Below, one piece after another: positions 56,793 through 64,000 of a DNA stretch of 64,000 bases. Each line of letters starts with the position of its first letter. The stretch's first letter is position 1. Position numbers and translations under genes: made by a program. The notes beneath the pieces are model-generated. The model ran no database searches. It had not been told where the DNA came from and saw only the letters and a list, made by a program, of their open reading frames with translations. Origin of the DNA: Vicinamibacterales bacterium (GTDB taxonomy: Bacteria; Acidobacteriota; Vicinamibacteria; Vicinamibacterales; 2-12-FULL-66-21); assembly GCA_035492775.1 (NCBI GenBank), contig DATJIW010000090.1, forward strand, positions 6,737-70,736. Direction: 5' to 3'.

Positions 56793-57419
56793 TCAACCGC
56801 GAAGGACCGCGGCAGCGGCTCCGCCGCTGACGGATTTGCTGTCGGTCGCGTACACCCGCCATTCGTGATCGACCCCGACGTTGATCCCGATCCGGCGCGT
56901 CCATTCGACGGTTCGCCGTCGGCCTCCCCGGCTCTCGATCCTGAGTGCAGACGAAGTGAGATCGAACTGGTTCTGCCGGAGGTCGATCCCAAGCGCCCTC
57001 GTCAAATTACCGGGGCCACGACACAGATCCGCGAGCGGGATGTCGGCACCTTTGCGGTGCGGCGTCGAGCGCCGCCGCCGCATCAACGCGACGCCGTCTT
57101 TCGGTTCGAGCGCGCGGATCAGCACGGCTGCAGGATGGCCGTCACCTTCGGTCACGGCGTTCACGAGGTAGTGGATGCCGTAATTCAGATACACATAGGC
57201 GATGCCCGGGGGGCCGTAGAGCGGCGCGTTGCGGCGGGTCCGTCCCGGCGCGGCGTGACAGGCGGGATCGCTTTCGCCGATGTAGGCTTCGGCTTCGACG
57301 ATGATGCCTGACGCGACGCCCTCTGGCGTGTCGTGTACGAGGACCTTGCCGATGAGAGCCCGCGCGACGTCGATAGTGTCGCGGTCGTAGAACGATCGCC
57401 GGAGGATCACTCGTCGAGC
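56793..57419 (-). CDS. DNA-3-methyladenine glycosylase (Mpg/AAG family)
   Basis: GTG 57419 gives ILRRSFYDRDTIDVARALIGKVLVH...GIIVEAEAYIGESDPACHA...YVYLNYGIHYLVN. Confidence 0.8.
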   Translation of the reverse strand, partial: ARRVILRRSFYDRDTIDVARALIGKVLVHDTPEGVASGIIVEAEAYIGESDPACHAAPGRTRRNAPLYGPPGIAYVYLNYGIHYLVNAVTEGDGHPAAVLIRALEPKDGVALMRRRRSTPHRKGADIPLADLCRGPGNLTRALGIDLRQNQFDLTSSALRIESRGGRRRTVEWTRRIGINVGVDHEWRVYATDSKSVSGGAAAAVLRG

Positions 57420-57436
57420 CTGCCTCGTCTTGCGCG

Positions 57437-58651
57437 CTATTGAGGTCCGCGGATGCGGGCCATCGCGCGTTTCGCGGCCGCGGCGACGTCCGGATCCTTG
57501 TCCGCCGCGACGGTCTGCAAGGCAGGAAGCGCGCCGGCGCCGCCGATCATGCCGAGAACGTCCGCAATCGCCTCGCGCGTCTGGGGCTGCGGCTCCTGAA
57601 GCCGCGCATAGAGCTGCGGCGCAATGGGCGGGCCGAGTTCGACGAGCGATTCGACTCCCTGCTGAGCGAGCTTGTCGTTCGTCAGCAGGTCGACGAGGCG
57701 CGTGACGTAGTTCTGCCCGAGCTTCTGAAGCGCGAAGCACGCCGCCAGACGGACCATCGGCGATTCGTCCGTCGTCGCCATCCGTCCGAGTGCGTCGACC
57801 TGTGACGTATCGCCCGCGCGGCCCAGCCCTTCGGCCGCCGAGCGTCTCAGATACGGATCCTTATCCGTCAGGTATGGCTTCAAGACCGGCGCCGTGGATG
57901 ACGAGCCCATCCGGGCAAGTCCGTCGAGCGCCGACCAGGCGCCCTCGCCCTTCTTGTAGAACGCCAGCTGCTGCTGGAGCGTCGGGATCGCGCGCGCCTC
58001 GTGGATGTATCCCAGTGCGCGCATCGCAGCATAGCGAACCTCCGCCTGCGAGTCGTTGACGGCCTTGATCAGTTCGTCGCCGGCGGCGGTCACGTTCAGG
58101 CGTCCGATCACGAGGGCCGCGGCCGCGCGAATCGCGGGATCGTAGTGGTCGAGCGCTTTTACGAGCTGTTGTGCAGCCGCGGCGTCGAGCGGCGGGCGGG
58201 CAATGACGCCAAGCGCATAGGTCGCTTCGGAACGGACGCGCGGCGTCTCGTCGTCGATTGCAGTCAGCAGCGATGAGACGAGCGTCCGCGGGACGGGCTG
58301 CGGCCACACCGCAGCCGGCCCGAGCTGGAATGCCGCTTCCGCGACCGCCGACTGCCGTTTCTCGATCACGAACGCCACCATGCGCCGGGACCGCACGTCC
58401 TGGCCGAGATAGAACGAGAGCTCGGCCGCGATCGTCTCGAGCTGGATCTCGTCCACCGGATCGTTCACCAGCGGCGCGAGCGGCTCGATCGCTTCCGGAT
58501 ATTTCGCGTCGCGCAACAGTTTCACCGAGGCAAGACGCGTCTTGGCGTCCGGATTTCTGAGGTTGCGCACGACATCGTCGAAGCGCAGGGTTTGCGCCCC
58601 GACGATTGGCGCTGCGGCGAGCAGACACAACACTGCACAGATTTTCCGCAT
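57437..58651 (-). CDS. HEAT repeat domain-containing secreted protein
   Basis: Signal peptide MRKICAVLCLLAAAPIVGAQ. Repeated ...D(P/S)xxxVRxxAAxALG... HEAT/PBS-lyase-like units. Confidence 0.7.
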   Translation of the reverse strand: MRKICAVLCLLAAAPIVGAQTLRFDDVVRNLRNPDAKTRLASVKLLRDAKYPEAIEPLAPLVNDPVDEIQLETIAAELSFYLGQDVRSRRMVAFVIEKRQSAVAEAAFQLGPAAVWPQPVPRTLVSSLLTAIDDETPRVRSEATYALGVIARPPLDAAAAQQLVKALDHYDPAIRAAAALVIGRLNVTAAGDELIKAVNDSQAEVRYAAMRALGYIHEARAIPTLQQQLAFYKKGEGAWSALDGLARMGSSSTAPVLKPYLTDKDPYLRRSAAEGLGRAGDTSQVDALGRMATTDESPMVRLAACFALQKLGQNYVTRLVDLLTNDKLAQQGVESLVELGPPIAPQLYARLQEPQPQTREAIADVLGMIGGAGALPALQTVAADKDPDVAAAAKRAMARIRGPQ

Positions 58652-58745
58652 GGCTGATATTGGAGGGAGCGGTCCTTATTTTAGCAGCCGGAAGGATAGA
58701 ACGGCTGAATCAGTCCCTGGTCCACCGTCTGTGTTCAATTGCCGA

Positions 58746-61700
58746 CTATGCGTATGCGTTCGAGCGGCCGGTCGCGAGCGCTTCCCTCAGGTACCGACCG
58801 GTGTGTGATTCAGAGTGCTGGGCGATCTGCTCCGGCGTCCCCGTCACGATGACCGCGCCCCCGGCCTCGCCGCCTTCGGGCCCGAGATCAATGACCCAGT
58901 CAGCCGTCTTGATGACGTCGAGGTTGTGCTCGATCACGAGCAGGCTGTGGCCCGCCTGCAGCAGTTTCCTGAATGCCGCGAGCAGCTTCGCGATGTCGTC
59001 GAAGTGCAGGCCCGTCGTGGGCTCGTCCAGGATGTACAGAACGCGATCGCCGGTCTGCGTCGACAGGTGCGCCGCGATCTTGATGCGCTGCGCCTCCCCT
59101 CCCGACAGCGTCGTGGCAGGCTGCCCCAGCCGCAGATATCCCAGGCCGATTTCGTCGAGCACCTGCAGACGCCGCAGCACTTTCGGCGACGTGCTGAAGA
59201 ACGTCAGCGCCTCACGGACCGTCATGTCGAGCACCTGATCGATGCTCCGACCGCGGTACTTCACGTCGAGCACCTGAGGTTTGAAGCGTTTGCCTTCGCA
59301 GACCTCGCAGGGCACGAAGACGTCGGCCAGGAACTGCATCTCGACCTTGACTTCCCCTTCGCCTTCGCACGCCTCGCAGCGTCCGCCGGGCACGTTGAAC
59401 GAGAAATGGCTCGCGCTCAGGCCGCGGGTTCTCGCATCCTTCGTCGCGGCGAACAGCTCGCGGATCGGATCGAACGCCTTGAGATACGTCACAGGGTTGG
59501 ATCGCGGCGTCCGACCGATCGGCGCCTGATCGACAAGGACGACGTCGGAGATGAACTCCGCTCCTTCGAGCTTCCGGTGCGTTCCCACCCGGCGGTCCCA
59601 GTCTCCCTTCGCGCGCTTCAACGCGGCATACAGCACGTCGTGCACGAAGGTGCTCTTTCCAGACCCGCTGACGCCGGTCACGCACGTGAGCAGGCCAAGC
59701 GGAATCTCAACGTCGATGTTCTTCAGATTGTGCTCGGATGCCGCCAGCACGCGGATGCGCTGGTTCGACGGACGACGGCGGGTTGCCGGCACCGGAATCG
59801 CCAGCTCGTCGCGCATGTATTTCGCCGTGAGCGACCGCGGTTCCTTGAGCAGATTCGACAGCGTCCCGGAGAAAATGACGCGTCCGCCCTGCTCGCCCGC
59901 TCCGAGTCCCATGTCGACGACCTGGTCGGCGACCTTGATCATGTCGGCGTCGTGCTCGACGACGAGGACGGTGTTGCCTTGATCGCGCAGCTGCCGGAGG
60001 ATCGCGATCAACCGCTCGTTGTCCCGCGAATGCAGGCCAATCGACGGCTCGTCGAGCACGTACAGCGTATCTACCAGCGCGGATCCGAGCGACGTCGCCA
60101 GGTTGATCCGCTGCGACTCGCCGCCCGAAAGCGTCGACGAGAGCCTGTCGAGCGTCAGGTAATCGAGCCCGACATCGCGCAGGAATCCCAGCCGCTTGCG
60201 GATCTCGGCCAGCACTTTTTCGGCAACGGCGGCATCCTTCTCGGACAACCGGAGCTCGGCGAAGAAGCGATCCGCCTCTCGGACGGTGAGCGCGCAGACG
60301 ACATCGATCGTCCGATCTCCGACGCGAACGTCGCGCGCTTCCCGGCGCAGCCGCGCGCCGTTGCATTCCGGACAGGTCAGGTATCCCCGATAACGGCTCA
60401 GGAACACCCGGACGTGCACCTTGTACTTCTTGCGTTCGAGCCAGCGGAAGAAGCCCTTCACGCCTTCCCACTCGGTGGTCCGCTGTCCGGAGACCGCCGG
60501 TGCGTCGCCTTCGATGACGAACTGTTTTTCGTCCGGAGTGAGATCGGACCAGGGAACGTCGAGCCGCACGCGTTTCTTCGCGACGCGCTTCAGCTCGGCG
60601 AGCTGCGCGCGATAGTGCGGCTTGCTCCAGGGCTCGATCGCCCCCTGCTGGATCGACTTGGACGGGTCGGGCACGACGAGGTCCATGTCGAGCTCGATGA
60701 TGTTGCCGAATCCGTGGCACAGCGGACACGCGCCGAACGGGTTATTGAACGAAAAAAGCCGGGGCTGCGGGACTTCGTATGGGATGTTGCAGCTGCGGCA
60801 CTCGAAACGCTCCGAAAACCGGTGGACGACGGGCGCTTCCGACGCTGACGCCGACTCGATCGCGAACGCGGCGCCGCCGCCTTCCTGATAGGCAATCTCG
60901 ATCGAATCGGTCAGGCGTGCGCGGACGTCCGGGTCGATCTTCACTCGATCGACGATCACCTGGAGCGTCGCGCGATCGCGAAGCGAGGCCGTGTCGACGT
61001 CTTCGACGTTTACGGTTTGTCCGTCGACGTACAATCGGCCGAAGCCCTTGCGGCGCAGTGCAGCCAGAGTCTCTGCGACGGGATCGATGAGGTCCGGCAG
61101 ATCCGGCTGCGGTACGTCGGGCTGATCGTCGATGGCATCGCCTGAGATCTCGTCTTCGTCCGCGTCCGGTTCGGGAGCGACCACGGCCAGCGGCGTGGCC
61201 GTGACGACGGGCATTTCGAATCCGATCAATAGTCGGGTGCCTGGGGGAAGCTCCCCCAGGCGCGCCGCGACGACTTCCGCGGTCTCCCGGATGACCTCCC
61301 GGCCGCAGGAACGGCAGAAGGTCCGTCCGACGCGCGCGTAGAGCAGCCGCAGATAGTCGTGAATCTCCGTCGTCGTTCCGACGGTGGAACGCGGGTTGCG
61401 AATGCTGTTCTTCTGGCGGATCGCGATCGCCGGGCAGATCCCTTCGATGGCATCTATGTCCGGCTTTTCCATCCGCTCGAGGAACTGGCGCGCGTATGCC
61501 GACAAGGACTCGACATACCGGCGCTGACCTTCGGCGTAAATCGTGTCGAATGCGAGGGATGACTTACCGGACCCGCTCACGCCTGTCATCACGATGAGCG
61601 ACCGGGGCGGGAGGGTCAGATCGACGTTCTTCAGATTGTGCGTCCGGGCGCCGCGCACGACGATCTGGCCGCGAGCGGGCCCGGTTGTGGGTAGTGCCAT
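58746..61700 (-). CDS. uvrA: Excinuclease ABC subunit A
   Basis: Two ABC ATPase modules (GVSGSGKSSLAFDTIYAEGQRRY; GVSGSGKSTFVHDVLY), zinc-finger Cys pairs and LSGGE signatures. Confidence 0.9.
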   Translation of the reverse strand: MALPTTGPARGQIVVRGARTHNLKNVDLTLPPRSLIVMTGVSGSGKSSLAFDTIYAEGQRRYVESLSAYARQFLERMEKPDIDAIEGICPAIAIRQKNSIRNPRSTVGTTTEIHDYLRLLYARVGRTFCRSCGREVIRETAEVVAARLGELPPGTRLLIGFEMPVVTATPLAVVAPEPDADEDEISGDAIDDQPDVPQPDLPDLIDPVAETLAALRRKGFGRLYVDGQTVNVEDVDTASLRDRATLQVIVDRVKIDPDVRARLTDSIEIAYQEGGGAAFAIESASASEAPVVHRFSERFECRSCNIPYEVPQPRLFSFNNPFGACPLCHGFGNIIELDMDLVVPDPSKSIQQGAIEPWSKPHYRAQLAELKRVAKKRVRLDVPWSDLTPDEKQFVIEGDAPAVSGQRTTEWEGVKGFFRWLERKKYKVHVRVFLSRYRGYLTCPECNGARLRREARDVRVGDRTIDVVCALTVREADRFFAELRLSEKDAAVAEKVLAEIRKRLGFLRDVGLDYLTLDRLSSTLSGGESQRINLATSLGSALVDTLYVLDEPSIGLHSRDNERLIAILRQLRDQGNTVLVVEHDADMIKVADQVVDMGLGAGEQGGRVIFSGTLSNLLKEPRSLTAKYMRDELAIPVPATRRRPSNQRIRVLAASEHNLKNIDVEIPLGLLTCVTGVSGSGKSTFVHDVLYAALKRAKGDWDRRVGTHRKLEGAEFISDVVLVDQAPIGRTPRSNPVTYLKAFDPIRELFAATKDARTRGLSASHFSFNVPGGRCEACEGEGEVKVEMQFLADVFVPCEVCEGKRFKPQVLDVKYRGRSIDQVLDMTVREALTFFSTSPKVLRRLQVLDEIGLGYLRLGQPATTLSGGEAQRIKIAAHLSTQTGDRVLYILDEPTTGLHFDDIAKLLAAFRKLLQAGHSLLVIEHNLDVIKTADWVIDLGPEGGEAGGAVIVTGTPEQIAQHSESHTGRYLREALATGRSNAYA

Positions 61701-61862
61701 GTATATGGAGAATTCCGGCATGGCCGGAACAGTCCATCGTAGCGCGGCCGTGGCCCGGCAGCAACCTCGGCGGTCAAACCGTGTTATTTTGTGGGGCCGC
61801 GCGCACGATGGGCGCGGACGGCGGCCGGCGATTGCCTGACGCCCGTTTACAACGAGGGAGCT

Positions 61863-62516
61863 GTGTCAGTCCGTCTGTTCATCGGGAACCTGCCGTATTC
61901 CGCAACCGAAGCGGACCTACGCGAGCACCTGTCCGGCGTCGGCGCACCAACATCGGTCGTACTGCCTGTCGATCGCGAGACCGGCCGTCCACGCGGCTTC
62001 GCATTCGTGGACTACGCGGACCGGGCGGTCGCGGAGCAGGCGATCCAGCGATTCGATCAGCAGCCGTTCCGCGGACGGCCGCTGGCTGTCAGCGAAGCGC
62101 GGCCGCGGGAAGAGCGCGGCCCCGGAGGACCCCGGCCCGGCGGCTTCGGTGGTCCGCGCCCGGGCGGCGGCCCTGGCGGCCCGCGGCCGGGAGGCTTCAG
62201 CGGCGCTCGTCCCGCAGGACCGGGCGGAACCGCGAGTCCCGGCGGCTTCAGCGGCCCTCGGCCGGGCGGATTCGCACCCCGCACGGGTGACGTTCCCACG
62301 TCGCGCAGCAAGAATTTCGGGCCGGACGCTCCACCGAAACACAAGCGCAAACAGAAAGAGCGGAACGATCGCGGCCCTCGCGGCCCGATCAAGGAACGGC
62401 CCGTCGGCCGGTTGTACGACGCGGACGAGGACTGGCGCGCGATTGATCAGGCCGACGAGGACCCCGAGATCGACAACATCGCGACGCACAAGGACGAGGA
62501 CGAAGGCGAAGAATAA
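61863..62516 (+). CDS. RRM-type RNA-binding protein with Gly/Pro/Arg-rich and acidic C-terminal tails
   Basis: GTG 61863 is preceded by SD GAGGGAG. RNP2 LFIGNL and RNP1 RGFAFVDY. Confidence 0.75.
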   Translation: MSVRLFIGNLPYSATEADLREHLSGVGAPTSVVLPVDRETGRPRGFAFVDYADRAVAEQAIQRFDQQPFRGRPLAVSEARPREERGPGGPRPGGFGGPRPGGGPGGPRPGGFSGARPAGPGGTASPGGFSGPRPGGFAPRTGDVPTSRSKNFGPDAPPKHKRKQKERNDRGPRGPIKERPVGRLYDADEDWRAIDQADEDPEIDNIATHKDEDEGEE

Positions 62517-62579
62517 CCGTCACTGGTCTTCTGCCGCCCGGATCCGTTCCCGGAATCGGGCCCGAACGACGAGCTGAGC

Positions 62580-62978
62580 ATGCAAACGCACGTCAAGGTT
62601 CTCGGTGTGCTCTTCATCGCGCTGAGCGCAATCTGCATCTGCGCCGCGATTTTTTTCTTTATCGCGTTCGCGATCGGCGCGTCTGCCACGGCGGCGAATG
62701 CGGACCCGCACGATACGGCTATCGCGCTGCCCATCATCGGCGCCGTCGGCACGGCCTTCGTCGCATTCCTCGTTGTCCTGTCGATCCCCGGAATCGTGGT
62801 CGGCATCGGTCTGCTGAACTTCCGCCCATGGGCGCGCATCGTCGGGATCGCGCTGTCCGCTCTGAACCTGATAAACATCCCGTTCGGGACGCTGCTCGGC
62901 ATCTACGGGCTGTGGGTGCTCCTCAACAGTGAGACCGAACCTCTCTTCCTGCCAAGATCGAAGAACCTGACAGTCTGA
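62580..62978 (+). CDS. Hypothetical polytopic small membrane protein
   Basis: 132-aa ORF with four hydrophobic helices (VLGVLFIALSAICICAAIFFFIAFAI etc.). No family recognised. Confidence 0.55.
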   Translation: MQTHVKVLGVLFIALSAICICAAIFFFIAFAIGASATAANADPHDTAIALPIIGAVGTAFVAFLVVLSIPGIVVGIGLLNFRPWARIVGIALSALNLINIPFGTLLGIYGLWVLLNSETEPLFLPRSKNLTV

Positions 62979-63056
62979 TCGTCCTGCAACGATTGTTGAT
63001 TTGAACCTGGCCAGCAAGACCTCTGCTGGTGTGCATCTTGCACTCCGCGCCGAGCG

Positions 63057-64000
63057 ATGGCGTCGCATATCGCCACCGAAGAGTGGCAGAGCTTCGAGCT
63101 CCGGATGCGACGACGCCGCGCGGAGCGGATGATGGCTCGCGCGGAAGCGGCGCTCGATGCCGGATCGTGTGACGAGGCCCGCGCAGCGCTCGACGAGGCG
63201 CGCCGCCTCTGTCCGACACTGACGGCGATCGACGATCTCGAAGCGAAGGTCGCGCAAGCGGCGGAGCAGGCTGTGCGCGCGCCGGTGATGGCGCGCGCGC
63301 GTCGCGCCATTGCCATCGCCGCGGGTCTGCTCGTGTGCGCCGCCGCCGGAACGTACGGTTGGCGCGTCGCCGCTGTGCCGACGCATTCCACAACCTTGAA
63401 TTCCATGACACCGGCGGCTTCGACCGCTGTCGTGCCGCCCGCGCAGCCTGCTCCCGGCCCGCCTCCCTCACCCGCGATCAGAATTGAGACCGAACAAGTT
63501 CCGCCTGTGGTGATCTCCGGCGCGGATTCAGACGCAGCCGTGCCTTCGGCGCCGGCTCCAATCCAGCAGAAGCCGTTTGAGAGCGCGGCGATGACCTCTC
63601 CATCGCCCGCGCGAGGTGATACGAACGCTGTCCCGCAACCCGCAGGCACCGCTGGACCGGTTCCTGCGCAATCGCCGGAACCGCCGGAGCCCGCGCCGGC
63701 CGACGTCGGCGCCATCGCCGCTCTCGGCAAGGAGACGCCGCTTGCCGCTCCGACAGCGGCCGTCGATCGCAGCGACCGGCCTGCGGAGCCGACCACGGGC
63801 GGGGTGGGGCCGCACGCAGCGCCGCTGATTGCTCGCGCGGCCGATCCCGCGCCCCCCATGCCGTCGCTCCCGACGCCGAAGCGGGCGGACGATGCGGCGC
63901 TCGTGCGGAGCACGCTCGACAGGTATGCGGAGGCGTACACACGCCTGGATGCCGATGCGGCAAAGGCGGTCTGGCCGAGCGTGAATCGCACGGCGCTGTC
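63057..64000 (+). CDS. Hypothetical membrane-anchored protein, 3' end outside window (not in the supplied ORF track)
   Basis: ATG 63057, frame open to the window edge. Charged N-terminus, TM helix AIAIAAGLLVCAAAGTYGW, Pro/Ala-rich linker, then LVRSTLDRYAEAYTRLDADAAKAVWP resembling the start of an NTF2/SnoaL-like domain. Confidence 0.5.
   Translation, partial: MASHIATEEWQSFELRMRRRRAERMMARAEAALDAGSCDEARAALDEARRLCPTLTAIDDLEAKVAQAAEQAVRAPVMARARRAIAIAAGLLVCAAAGTYGWRVAAVPTHSTTLNSMTPAASTAVVPPAQPAPGPPPSPAIRIETEQVPPVVISGADSDAAVPSAPAPIQQKPFESAAMTSPSPARGDTNAVPQPAGTAGPVPAQSPEPPEPAPADVGAIAALGKETPLAAPTAAVDRSDRPAEPTTGGVGPHAAPLIARAADPAPPMPSLPTPKRADDAALVRSTLDRYAEAYTRLDADAAKAVWPSVNRTAL

Noticed and set aside
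62903-63991. 362-aa minus-strand ORF
   Set aside because: It is a low-complexity Ser/Ala/Arg/Cys composition and overlaps the 3' end of the 62580-62978 gene. The plus-strand frame gives a more protein-like architecture. The call remains uncertain.

Overview
GC-rich bacterial chromosomal segment with about 56 protein-coding genes, nearly all housekeeping: PBP1A, prfB, lnt, an NfeD/stomatin pair, mobA, argS, a valS-nadC-birA-coaX operon, split methylmalonyl-CoA mutase, gdh, two acyl-CoA dehydrogenases, IHF/HU, rpsA, cmk, rluB, scpAB, trpS, uvrC, tdk, efp, hsp20, htrA, mpg and uvrA. Family signatures suggest Acidobacteriota (inference): a PadR + ADOP duplicated-permease pair, a second orphan ADOP permease, a TIGR03436-type VWFA protein and a PSCyt1-type cytochrome fusion. 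I saw no rRNA, tRNA, CRISPR, transposase, integrase or recognisable defence genes. The unusual content is non-coding. Ten intergenic arrays of degenerate 7-9-nt words each sit on or within about 20 nt of a stop codon, and they form dispersed families. An identical 28-mer (AACTCCCAACTCCCAATTCCCAACTCCC) occurs at 21334 and 54404 and inverted at 53772, so tdk is bracketed by perfect 28-bp inverted repeats. A GATTGGC-word array pair with perfect 13-bp terminal inverted repeats encloses a four-helix-bundle (23S rRNA intervening-sequence type) gene. That cassette lies exactly between the stop codons of PBP1A and prfB. Other points: the classical prfB +1 frameshift; an lnt whose conserved N-terminus precedes any canonical start codon; several -10 boxes 7-8 nt from start codons (likely leaderless mRNAs); only one canonical intrinsic terminator; and an unusual cytochrome c-ankyrin-prenyltransferase-like fusion protein.
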